A DNA stretch of 64,000 nucleotides, taken from Lama guanicoe (taxonomy: Eukaryota). The notes under the pieces were generated by a model that saw only the letters and a list, made by a program, of their open reading frames with translations, made no database searches and was not told the DNA's origin. The stretch lies in NCBI GenBank assembly GCA_013239625.1, contig MU053758.1, positions 1,674,001-1,738,000 of the forward strand. Reading direction: 5' to 3'. This document shows, piece by piece, positions 50,099-62,369 of the stretch. How positions within the stretch are numbered: position 1 is the first letter of the stretch; each line of letters opens with the position of its first letter. Both the position numbers and the translations under genes were made by a program.

Positions 50099-51559
50099 GC
50101 TATCTCCTTGCCCCCAGCTCGGGTTGCGGCCCCTCCTGCAGGAGTCTGCTAGAACTGCAGGGGTCGGTGCTGTGAGTGAGGGGAGTTGGCCCAAGCAGGA
50201 CCCCAAAGGAGGGCGCTCCAGCTCCTGCCCCTTCTCACGCCGTTGCCACCTCCACCGAAGCCTGCAGAGAGCCCCTCTGCCCCATCCCTGCCTTATCCCC
50301 ACCCCGTCCCACCTTGGCCTACCTGTTGGCTCCACAGACTTCTCCAGGTGACTCTGACCCCTCCTGTTGTCCTGGTTGCTTGCTCCCTCTCTCTCTCCAA
50401 TTCTCTGTCCTGTCCCTTCTCTCCCAAGCTTCTCTCTGGGAAGGGAAGGTGGGCCGAGTCCGCTGCCCCTTGTATTTACTCCAGACATTACCAAAGCCAG
50501 CTTAGATGAGCAAGAAAGGGGAAGAGTACATGGCTGCGCTATAGGCCACCAGGCAGAGTGGCAGGCAGGCAGAGGCAGGAGAGGAGACCCCACCCCAAGT
50601 AGCCCGAATGACAAACCGGTTTCCCCACTTCCTGGTCTACCCAGTTGCAGCCTTAATCTAGGTTCTCCCACTTTCCTTACCCCTGCCAGGCCTGCCCTGA
50701 GCCAGCCACATGCCTGGCTAGGGGCAAGTCCCAGATGCCCCTTAGAGATTATTCTCCAGTTGCAGTAACTTAGGTGGCCCGGCCAGGATAGGAAGAGGAG
50801 GGGCCCTTCCCAGCTCCAGTGGGACAGCTCAGGAGGGCAGCCAAGAGCTGTGTCCGGACATACTGTCTGGGCTCACGACCCCAGCAGTCGGCACCCTGAC
50901 TGCTCCCCTCCTGGGCCAGCTGCCTCTCCCTCTGCCAACTGGACGGTGCCCATCTTTTGGCCTTTGAGCGTGCTGTGGGCACCTGTCCAGCTCCCTGCCT
51001 GGCTGCCTGCCCAGGATGGGCACAGAAGGAAGCAGGCCCTGTGTAGGGGAGGGGTCAGCATGGGAAGAGGTGTCTTCCCTTCAGCTGCATGGACACCACC
51101 TCCTAAGCCTCTCAGAGCCCAGAGGCTGGGGCCCACACTGCTGCTTCTCCATCCAGGCCCCCCACTCACCTACACAGGACCCTGCCCTTCACCTCCCCCT
51201 CAGGTTCTCCCCATGAGACGAGGTCTCTTCCCTTCCCCACATTGTACCCGCCTAAGAGGAAGGGAATCAGCAGGTACTTTACCCTTATTCTCTAATTTAA
51301 GCCTCTCAACCATCCTGCAGAAGTGGCCATTTTCAGCCCCATTTCAGAAATATAGGAGTCGAGGCTCAGAGAGGCATAGCCCCTTGCCCAGTCCAAGAGC
51401 AGCAAGGGTGAAATTCAAACCCAGACGTGCCTGGCTCCAAAGCTCCCAGCCTCTCTTTCTCTCTTTTTTTTTTTTTAAAATCACCACCATCATCATCTAA
51501 CCCTGTGGGCTGCCAGAAGCAGGGACTACCATCTGACACCCGTCTCATGACCATAAAGG

Positions 51560-52436
51560 ACAAGAAGAGAGCTGGGCTCAGGAACGTGGCTGAAAGTTAA
51601 GACAGTTATTTATTTCAGGGTTAAGGAACTGGGCGTTAACCCCTGGATGACAACTGGAAAGATGCTTGTCCCCTCACATGGAAGTTTTTCTGCTCTTTAC
51701 ACTAAATGCCAAGAAGCTACTGGTTTGGGGACTTGGAGAGAAGGACTCTGTGAACTAGCCCCCAGAGATGGGGAATAATTCTAAAGGTGTCAGCAAGACA
51801 ATAAATCCATCGGTCTCCACCCTAAGGCGACCCCTGGCATCAAGAGGGCCTCTTTGATACTGAGGAGCTAAAATCAGAGTCAGGGCTTTAAAATCAGTTG
51901 ATTTGTGTAGCTCGCTTTTGAAAGACAGAGCAACTGAAGACAGGACAAACTGGTTAGAACCAAGATAGCAAAAGATTCGACTTCCAGTAGACCTTGAGCC
52001 TCAAGGCACACCCACAGGCGCCATGACAGTTCCTGGACTGACCATAAAAGGTCAAAAAGTGGGCGGGGGGGCCTGATTCCTGGAAATCCCTGCCCCTTCC
52101 CCAAAATAGTTGGAATAATCCTCCTACTCATTAGCATATGAAATTACCGAGCCCATAAAACCTAACAACTCTGCACCTTGTGGTCGCTCTCTCTCTTGTT
52201 GTCTGAGGCTGCCCACACTCTGTCTATGGAGTGCGTATCTGCTTTTGCTTTAAACTAAACACCCCACACCTCTCGGTCTCTCCCTCTCACCTTTCCAAGA
52301 TGGCCCACATTCTGCCTATGGAGTATGCATCTCCTAAGCTGTTTTCTCTCTGAGTGAGACAGACTGCACTTTGTCTATGGAGTGTGTATGTCTCTAAATA
52401 TACTTGCTTTCACTTTAAAAATAAATAAAAAATAAA
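51560..52436 (+). mobile_element. ERV1/MER41-like LTR-derived sequence ending in poly-A; 5' boundary uncertain
   Basis: MER41-type motifs (ggaataatcctcctactcattagcatat; three ctctgtctatggagt-like repeats; aatatacttgctttcacttt) followed directly by an A-rich tail. Confidence 0.7.
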
Positions 52437-54043
52437 GACGGGTCCTTAACATTTCTGATTATCATCATAGCTGTGAACTCATTTGACTCCCTCCTCCCCT
52501 CAATGACTTCATCCATAGCTGCCCGATCCAGGATAGGGGACTCCATGGGCCCATGGAAGGGTGAGAAGGGATACAGCTCCTGAACAGGAACAAAGACCCC
52601 TGACGCCCAAGTTGAGCCAGAGAATGGATGGCCTGACACCAGTGACCCTCGCTGATCCCACCCAATCCCCTCCAACCCCAGGAAGATAGGTGCCTCCTTG
52701 CCCTCCTATCAGATCTCTAAAGCCAAGGCTCCTGGTGAAGGGAGAAGGCTGAGGAAGCTAACTCCTCTGATCAGGGCGAGAGCAATCCAGGTATTATTTC
52801 TCCAGCCGAGAGACCAGAATTGCTTCTGGAAGCTGGCATGGTGCCCAGGCACAAGCAATGTGCCAGCTGCCTCCACCTGAGATGCCTCAGGTGCCACCCC
52901 ACCCCCACTCTCATCCCTCAACAGGTAACTTTCCTCTCGCCTTTCTCTCCTGCCTCCTTGGCATTGCGCTTGGTTGGGAGAGGGCTGCTAGCTTGTTTGA
53001 GGGACTGGAACCACCCACCTTGCCCTTCTCACTCTGCCCAGCTTACTCGCCTGTTCCTGGGAGCCTGTGGGAGCGGGAGCTGGGTGGTGAGGGAGCACCC
53101 TAGAGGTGAGAATTCTCAGCCTCACTTCTTTCCCAAGGTGCGTTCTGAACAGGGGTTGCACCTGGACAAATGTCTGGGCAGGAAGAGGGAGGTGGGCCTC
53201 TGGTGGGCAGAGAGGGGCACATGGGCCTCTAGGGAAAGGCACAGGGAAAAGGGTGATATGAAAATGATGACTGGGACACCCCAAATCACTCACTCTGCCA
53301 CCTTGGAGTCCACCACCCCAGATCCTCGAGAAAGCACTCTGCCAGCAGGGTTACTGTCTGGCTAGGGCATTTCTTGAGTCCCATTTGGACCATCCAAACT
53401 CCACCAAGGGTGGCCCAAAGGCATTGAGGGGGCTGTGGAGAGCCCCGTTCTGGAAAGAAAGTGGCAAGCAACCTGACACCTGGGGCTCGTTTGGGTTGGG
53501 GAGTTGAGGAAGTGGAGGCTGCTTCCCTCCGCCCTAGACTGGCAGACTTTGGACCACAGCCTAGCCTTCTAGAACCCTTAAACTTCTCCTGTTGCGTTCC
53601 TCACTCCCATTCCACCCCTCAACCTATAGGAGAGGAGTAAATAGCAGTAAGTTTCAGAAGCTCCTCCTCCATTTCTTTTGGTTCCCCCTCCCTTGCTTGT
53701 TATTGTAATGAATGCTAATGAAGCTCAATAATTGATGTCCTCATTAGCACTTCAAACCTGCTTTCTGAAGAATGGAGAGAAAAAGTGGAAGGGGAAGATT
53801 CTCTGGGGTCTTAACTGTAGCCAGCCCCCTCCAAAGAAACTGGTGCTGCAGTAGGGAGGGACCCTACGAGAGGGACTTGCATGGAGAAACCTAGCTGTCC
53901 CCCTCTGACTGAGAATTTTCTGAGCACAAGGCTCTGTCTTCCCTGTCAGATGGCAAGCAAGGGTCCTGTCTCCCCCATCAGACTGGGAGCACTGAGTGCC
54001 CCTCATTAACTGGGGCTCCCCCTCAGGGCAGGACGGTGGTTCC

Positions 54044-54158
54044 TTTTTTTTTTTTAAGTTTTTTATTTTTATTTTTTATTTTAATGGAGGTACTGGGGAT
54101 TGAACTCAGGACCTCGAGTATGCTAAGCATGCGCTCTACTGCTAAGCTGTTACCCTCC
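54044..54158 (-). mobile_element. tRNA-derived SINE of the same family, minus strand
   Basis: Reverse-complement match to the 58343 element (ggaggtactggggattgaactcaggacctc...gctaagcatgcgctctac) with a T-rich tail. Confidence 0.85.
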
Positions 54159-54209
54159 TTCTCTGGGCTTCACTTTTTTTTTTTAATTTAAATTTTTAGT
54201 TTCTTAGGA

Positions 54210-54390
54210 TAGTGGTTTGTAAACTAAAGCAAGAATTAGAATCACCTGGAGGCCTTGCTAAAACATGGGTTGCTGGATCCCACCCCCAAAGCTACTGAGT
54301 CTGTCAGTTTGAGGAGGAGCCTGAGAATTTGCATTTCTACCGAGTTGCCAAGCGCTGTGGGGGTAGGAACCACACTTTGAGAACCAGTAG
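54210..54390. mobile_element. MER5A-like hAT-Charlie MITE
   Basis: agaatcacctggag...cctgagaatttgcatttcta...accacactttgagaaccagtag with terminal inverted ends. Confidence 0.8.
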
Positions 54391-55334
54391 GGTAGAGACT
54401 ACCTTCTTGCTTTCCCAGCTTAGGGCTTTGCCTGCTAGTATGGCTCAACTGGCAAGTCACATAGGGAGTGTGGAGGAGAACTTTGTGACACAGGTGAATG
54501 TACCTCTCCTCTCCTTTCCTTAAATCACTACCAAAGCCAGTTCCAGCCACCGTAAGTGCCTCTGGTGACTCCTCCCTCTCCCAACCTTGACCTTTGTTAC
54601 TGAGGGATGGAGATGACCAGAACTGGATCTCCTGCCCCTCAGCTGCATGCCACCATGCTCGGTGCTGCAGATGCCAATGGGTTTCCTCTCCTGGGAGGAG
54701 GAGGTAATAAAGGCATGGGAGAGGGTTCCCAGCATCCCGCTTCACTTTGGGATGACCTCCTGGAGCCTAAATGGGTGGGGAAAAGGGCTTGTGGATATAG
54801 TCCACGAATATGCATACAGCTCCTCACTTCCTTTCTATTCAGTCATCCAGACATAGAAAGAAAAGAAAGAGACGAGAAAGATGAGAAGGGACTAGCGCAG
54901 GGAGAAGAAGGCAGGCAGTCTGTATCCATCATTGAGAGGACAGATTGTGAGCCACTGGGGCTTTTTTGTTGTTATTGTTGTTCTCTATATTATTGTTTGA
55001 TTAATGACAACTTAAATAAGGCTTTGTGCAAAGCAGTGAAGTTCCTGGATGCCCAGACCACAAGCCCAGCTCCTGTAGAACCACACCCTGCTTAGCTTTG
55101 AGGCTCGAGATTTCACCATCCATTTGCTTTGGAAAAGAAAAGCAAAGACACTCCCTCTCCGGACTCCAGGCAGCATCCTTCCCAGGCCTGCCAACCAGAC
55201 TTACAAGCCTATGGTTGGGCAGTAGGAGAATGGAGCAAGTATCATCCTCACCTATTTCACCCATGCTAGCACCCGGTAACCATCTCTTTGCCTTCCAGTT
55301 TCACAGCAATCACCTGTTTAATAGTGAAAGTGGA

Positions 55335-55847
55335 TGGAACCCTCATACACTGCTGGTGGGGAGTTAAAATGGGTCAGTAGCTATGAGAAACAGTTTGTCA
55401 GTTCCTTCAAAAGTAAAACATAGAGTTACTGTATGACCCAGCAGCCTAAATGTCCTTCAGTGGATGAATAAATGAACTCATTTGTGATCTATCCATACAA
55501 TGGAATACTATTTATTCATGAAAAGGAATGAAGTCCTAATACATGCTTCAACATGGATGGAACTCCACATCATGTTCAGTGAAAGAAACCAGCAAATACA
55601 GGTCACATATTGTATGGTTCCATTTATATGCAATATTCAGAATAGGTGAATTCATTGAGATTTGCCTGGATGGGAGGGGTTGGGGGCAGAAATGGGGACA
55701 TGGGGTTTCCTCTTGGGATGATGAAAATGTTTTGGAAGTAGATAGAGGAGGTGGTTCCACAACATGGTGAATGCACTAAATGCCACTGAGTTGTTCAATT
55801 TATAATGGTTAATTTCATGTTATATGAATTTCACCTCAAAAAAAAAA
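55335..55847 (+). mobile_element. Old L1M (L1MB-like) 3' end with internal deletion
   Basis: ggaaccctcatacactgctggtggg...tatgacccagca|cctaaatgtcc...gttatatgaatttcacctcaaaaaa. Confidence 0.8.
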
Positions 55848-57549
55848 GGAATAATGAAGTAGGAGTTTTTCAGGGAGTTCATTAAGTAGACACATCTGCA
55901 GATTTGGAGTCTACCTTTCTTGGAAACAGGAGCTTGAACCCAAGTAAGTCACAGCATTTCCCAATGCTCTGGGGCAACAGGCATCCATTCTGAAGATTTG
56001 GAAGATGCTCACTGGATCCCAGGATGCTATTTTCTGAACTCAGGCTGCATCCCAGCAGCCTCCTGCTCTGCCTGGCTCATATCCCAAGGGAGCCTCCCTT
56101 TCAGATTCCTCCTTCCCGAGCAGGCAGCAGACGCCTGATCAAGCTTCCCATCTCCAGCTCACATTGTGCCATCTGCCCCAGTGGCAGGCCCACCACCCCG
56201 ATCATTCTTACTTCAAACATAGCTTTCAAAAGGCCTCTTCTTTCCCACAGATTATTTTAATCACCCCCTAATTGGGGCCCCGGCTCTCTGGAATCTCTCA
56301 CTCCCCTTAATCCTTTCTCCCTGTGCTAAGCCCTGGGCTGGCTCCTCTGGGTGCAGGTGGGGAAGGGAAGGGTCTCAGGATGAATCAGACACATCTGCTG
56401 CTCCCCCACCCCTGGCTCTAAAGCCTCTCTAGATCCTTCCTCTCAAAGACCTTCAGTGACCACTCCCTAGAGCAGAGGATTGTGGCCTATGGGGACCCTG
56501 AACCTTTTGGAGTCCTGACAGCCGCTTTGCACCCTCTCCTTAGACAAATGAACATTCATGCCCAGCCACAGAAAATCTGTGGGCCTCTCTGACCTCTGCA
56601 GCCCCTCCAAGGACTCCTCAGGCAAGGCTACTCAAATTGTAGTCCACAAGATGAGTACAGAAATGAAGAGTAGTCTTTGAGAAACCTTCAGATTAATTTG
56701 ACATTGCCACACAGCCAAGTGCATGGTCATTTGTGCTCTGTTTTATAAAAATAACGTAGGTTCACAATCAACTGGAAATGAAAAAAAAAAAATAAAGGTC
56801 CTTCACCACAGAGAGTTGGAGAAGCATTGCCTTAAGAACCGGTTCACCTCAGAGGAGGATGCCTGACCCACTCAGTAAATTTCTTAGGCTGGCATTCCAT
56901 GCTCTTCATGGTTCTCTCCCCAATCTTTCCGTCCTTATCTCTGGTCACCTCCAACAAAATACACACACACGCATGCCCTGTCTTCCCTTCATACTCCACG
57001 CCATCGCCCATACTATTCCCTACCTCGGGGTTGTCCTTTCCTTTCTCTGCATCTGTCAACACATGACCACTTCCAGGCCCAGATCAAATTCCACTTCCTC
57101 AACCAAGCCTTACCCAACTCCACCCCAGCCCTCCTCAAACACAGGAACACAAACACAAACACATTCTTGCTGAAATTCCCTCTCCCCTGGGCTTTCTTAA
57201 CACCAACTTAGCTTTATTTGTGACCATCTGTCTGCTCCACACGGGCAGAGCTTTCGTCCCCTTGGTCCCCTCTGTCTCCTCCACCCTCGGGGCAACTGTT
57301 CTGGGCATTCTGCTGTCCCAGTTCCCCCAGGCCCTCCGATGGCTGCTCCTCCATGTCCATCTCTTCCATGCTAGGGGAACTTGGAGCATCTTCCCAAGAC
57401 AGGACCCAGGCCTCTATAACACTCCCTGTCTCATCCATCCCTGGCTTCACCTTCCTCACCCAGGGTCAGACCTTCTCAGTCATAACCACTGGGATATGAC
57501 TGGGGCCAAAAATGAGTACAGACAAGATTTTTAAGGACTGGAAAAAAAA

Positions 57550-58020
57550 ATTCATTTGACTTTTTTTAAATAGGAAATTCTTTCTGCATGTGATGTAAAA
57601 TTCAAGAAGTGCCAAAGAGAGAAGTCAATTTCCCCACCACTGCCTCTATTCCTGATCACCCAGGACCAGCCCTGCAAGCAAAGACCACTCCCCGTTTCTT
57701 TGGTCTTCCAGGGCTTGTCCGTGTGTTCAGAAGCACTTCCTCTGTGTCCTATTACCCAAGTGGCAGCATACTCCACACACTCAACAACATAAACTAGAGA
57801 TTGTTCTGCGTCAACACATATAAAGGTGCCCTGTTGATGGATATTTAGGCTGTGGTGCAAGAGCTATCCTGGTAGTTACTTTGTTTTACACAATATAAAT
57901 TTATGTGTGCAATAGATTCCAAAAAGTAGAATGGCTGGATAAGGGGTATGGGCATTACAAGATTTTTGCATATGAATCATTATTTCTGGTTTTGCCCTGA
58001 TTAATGGCACCATAGCAACC
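57550..58020 (-). mobile_element. Highly degenerate L1M 3' fragment
   Basis: AT-rich segment with atagattccaaaaagtagaatggctggataagggg, resembling an antisense L1 3' end. Confidence 0.5.
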
Positions 58021-58342
58021 AGTTTTTTCCCAATTCGGCCACTTGTTTCTCTCATGGTGTGCCAGCTAGGGAAACTGAAGCAGAGACTGCCCACCTCCAT
58101 CTCATCCCTCCATTAGGAAGAATCCAAAATTGAGGGAGGGACCTGACAGCATGAAGAAGCCCAGCTTCATCAGAGTCAGAAAAATGCCCCAAGGATCCTG
58201 CCCACCTCAAGAAACAGAGGGAGTGGAGGAACATCTAGCTTGAAAATGGAAAAACTAAAATAATGATCACCTCATGTGTAAAGGAAGAGACAAACCAGAG
58301 GATGCCTGGGGGTTCCATGTCAGCAGGAGAGACTGAAGTTAG

Positions 58343-58484
58343 GGGGGAGGGTAAGCTTAAGTGGTAGAGCCCATGCTTAGCATGCATGAGGTCCTGAGTT
58401 CAATGCCCAGTACCTCCTCTAAAAATAAATAAATAAACCTAATTACCTTCCCCCCCAACAAAAAAAAAAAAAATGAGAGAGAGA
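58343..58484 (+). mobile_element. tRNA-derived SINE (camelid Vic-1-like)
   Basis: A-box/B-box-like head (agcttaagtggtagagc...gagttcaatgccc), an A-rich tail, and a 16-bp TSD gagag(a/g)ctgaagttag at 58327-58342 and 58485-58500. Confidence 0.88.
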
Positions 58485-61400
58485 GAGAGGCTGAAGTTAG
58501 CTCCCAATGTGAACTTCCTGCCAATGCAGCAGGGATGATAATGGCCTGGCACCACGCAGGGACAGTGGGTGACTCCCTACTTAGGGATCCTTAAGCCAGG
58601 ATTAAGGGTGGAGGCCTCACCAGGCCTGCTGGGATGCAGAAGTCGGGAGCAGGTGACTGCTTAAGCCACCGTGTGAGGCAAGGTGAAAGGCTGGGGACTG
58701 GCAGGGCCCTTTACAGTCTTCAAAGCAATCCCATAATCAAGCCTCCTAGCAAGGATTATGACTAGCCCATGAGTAGCCCAGTCTGCTGATGAGAAAACCA
58801 AAGCCCAGAGAAGTTAAGAAATTTGCCCGAGGCTTCACAGGTGAACCAGGACTTGAACCCAAGCCTTCAGCCCTCAAGTCCAATGAGATGGTCTCCACTA
58901 CTGGGAGATTCCCAAGATAGGACCCAGGCCCTCTTCACCCCTACTCCTCCACCAACAGCCACACAACCCCAGAACAGGGTGGAGACTGTAGGGAGAGGCT
59001 GCAAATCCCTGTCCTGTCTAACAACCGAGCTGAGGAAGAAAGAGGTGGGAACGGGTCCCAAACTCCCATCTCACTTGTCCTCGCCCGTCTCAGTCTCAGA
59101 CTCTCTCGTGATAGGAAAGTAGGCCAGTTTGGAATATGTCACGGATATTTTCAACATCCCCATCTGTACTATACAGCTTTGCACACTGCCAAGTGGGGTG
59201 GAGTCAGACCTTCCTGCTAGATGACGGGTATACCTGCTACCTCTGGGGCTCAGAGCCCAGATGGGGGCTGGGAACAAGCACAGGAGACCCTGGAGGCCAC
59301 TGGGCAAGTGTTCAGCCAAGAGCTGTCACCTGCAGACACCATCCCACTACCCTCCCGTGAGCAGTGTGCCCAGCTAGCCTGGGGGTTGAGCAGTTTCCTG
59401 CAGGGGAGTGGGTCTGGGAAATGTGATTCTTGGAGAGGTGATTAATATTTGAAGTGGGCCTTGAAAAGAGAGCAGGACTTTGCTGGTTGGAGAAGATGGA
59501 GGAGGGTGTTCCTGGCCAGGGGGTGAGCTTGGGGTGGGCTGGGGTGGGGGGCGGGGGCATAGAAGGCTGACCAGGAATATTAGCAAGAGAGAGTGGGCAC
59601 AGGTGGGCTAACATTGAAGAAGGCTGCTTAATGGTGAATGCCCAGCTGAGAAGCTCGGGGTACGTCCTGCAGATGCCCGCAAGGATTTTGAGTGCCGTGA
59701 TTTGGAAAGAACATGTAGCCATGGGCAGGGAGGAGTCACCTAGAGAGGGGCAGGGGTGCAGGGGATGAGTGAGCATTTTCTTCAAGCTGCCAGCCACCCT
59801 GACCACGTCCTCCAGTCTGTTCGAAGGGACATCTCTCCTGATTGGGGAGGGGAGACCCAAGTGAAAAGTGAACTCTTTGCACAGATGTTAGAGACTAACT
59901 AGTTTCAAGGGGCCAAAATTGGGGTGGGGGTTGCATTTCGAGAGAGTCTCCTGGAAAGGATGGTAGAGGGGGTACCCGGACACTGTGTTTATTAAGCACC
60001 TACTAGGGGCACTTTGCACCAGGGCTTCATTTCGTCCTGACAACAAGCCCAAGAGGTAGATAGGCTCTCCCCTTCTTCACTGATGTACAAACTGAAGCTT
60101 AAATTTCAGTAGTAAAGAAGTAAAGGGAAATGTAAGTCCCCTCCCGGAGGTCACACAGTGAGTAAGTGGGCTAAAAAGTCACGTCTGTTGGTCCCCAAAG
60201 CCCCATCCCCTTCACCTCTCATCACCTCCCAGGAAAGAGACAAGGCTCCTTCTACCCAAGAAATGACTCAGGCCTCAATCTTCAGTCCTCTCTCACTGTC
60301 TCCACCCTGGACCAGGCCTCTAGGGCCCCACACGGATCCTATGAGATAAGCCACTCTCAGATAAGCAAACCGAGGTTCAGGGAAGTTAAGTGACTGCCCA
60401 AGGACACAAAACTAATTAGTGGCAGAGGCAGGATATAGACTCAGATCCCTTCTCACACCTGATAACTCTGCCATCTTCCTTCCTAAGCACATAACTTCTT
60501 TGTTCTCCTGTTTCCTCATCTGTAAAATGGGCCTAGGAGGATTAGAGGGAGCATGTGCAGATATAAGCCACTTGGCACAGTGCCCAACAGTCCTTCAATG
60601 GTCAACAAATATTTACTGACTTGAGGAGTAGGACTATCTTCTAGACTTTGGGAGGCAAGAGGAAACAGAAACCAGCCCCTGCTGTCCCCGGGTGGATACT
60701 AAGACAAGGACTGAGCCACAAGTAGAGACAGCGCCCCGTAATTGCTCACACTAACTCCCACCTCAAACTGTGGGAGCTTGAGCAAGTCACTCTGGGGTTC
60801 TCTGCTTCTGGGTCTAGAAAACGGGAAGAGTGCAGAGGGCAGATGCTTCACTCTGAGTAGCCAGCTGTGTATTCCATCACTACCAGCCGCCTAGGTGAGC
60901 AACCCTGCTCCAGCTCCGGGAGACCAGCAAATCTCCTTCCTCCCCTACCATGCCTGGCCCAGAAACTGGTTGTTTCCGGCTCCCTCTCTTTCCGGGACCT
61001 GCGGCCTCTGCTCCTTGTCCTGTTGCAGACTAATGGCTGCCCAGCCTCCTGTCCAGGACCAGCCCTAAATCTGAGGCAAGTAGCCCAGAGGTTGTAAGAG
61101 CCTGTGGTTCAGGTACCACCTTCAAAGCTCTGAGGCAGCCCTGAGGAGTGGGTCCCCAGCTCTTCATGTCTAAGGGGTGGGGCAGATTCAGCTTGGGTCG
61201 GGGGTGGGTGGGCTTCTGGTCAAAATCAGGGAGCTCCTCATAGGGAAACAGGAAGATCGGAATCTAACCCAAGGAATATAAGATAATCATAGTTGAGGCA
61301 ATTCCTAAAGACTTAGGATATTAATTTATTTAATTTACCCACTACGTGTTTAAAATCGCATTTTAGAGCTGATAAAACTGAGGCTCAGAAAAGTGAAGTG

Positions 61401-62369
61401 AGTCATCCAAGGACTCCAAAGCCCTTGCTCTTCTCTACCTCTGGGCTGCTGGCCACACTCAGCCCTGTTGTCCCTGGGCTCTGGGCCAGGGCTGGACCCT
61501 AATCCCCAGGTGTAACCAGAGGTAGGGGAGTTGGAACCCGAGAAGTGGGAAGAAAGTCTTGCACCTCCCCTGGGTCATCATTGGTCCTGTCACTCCTTCT
61601 CGGGCCACTCACTCAGCTTCATCCCCAACCTCAGGATCAGGAAGTGGGGCCAGATTTGGGAGGTGGGATCAGATCCTTCTGAGCTCCCCATTGCTGCTTC
61701 CATCACTCTGTCACTTTCTTGCCAAAGCCCTGCTCTATCCACCTGTGCCACCCTCTAACCCCCTCCCTGGTGTTGTCCACTGACCTCCCAGCACTGCCTC
61801 TCATTTGTTGAAAACTTTTGGCATCCCACCCACTAGTGCCCTCTGGGTAACTAAAGTCCCAGCCTCTCCATTCTATACCCTTCACATGACTAATCACTTT
61901 CTCCTCTGCCCACAAGCTTGTTCAAATCCTGTACATCGTCATCACTGGTAAGTGCTCACATTTCCCTCTCTGACCTCATCTTCTGCTCCTTTTGTTCAAT
62001 TGTTCCTCAGACAACTGTTCTTCACTCCTGTGTCATTTGACCTGGAGATGTTTTCCCACATCCATCATCTCCCTTCCTTCAGTCTCTTCCCTTTACAGCC
62101 TAAAGTCTCTGCTTTATCAGATCATCTTAACTCTTTACCTCAGTCTTTTGTGGTTACATTTCCCTGGTGAAACCCTAACACTGGGCTTCTGATTCAAGAA
62201 GGCTGTATATGTTTACCACTCCATCCTCAAAAATTCCTTTGAAATGACAAAGAAAAATGTACTAGAATTTTAAAGCAGATTAGATTGTACTAACAGTAAA
62301 ACCCAACAGAGAAAGGAATCCAAGACCCTACAGGGAGCCACTCAAAGTGTAAATTTTCCTGAAAGAACC

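Noticed and set aside
58343..58420. tRNA-like sequence
   Set aside because: It has an A-rich tail, a TSD and a second dispersed copy, so it is a SINE head and not a tRNA gene.
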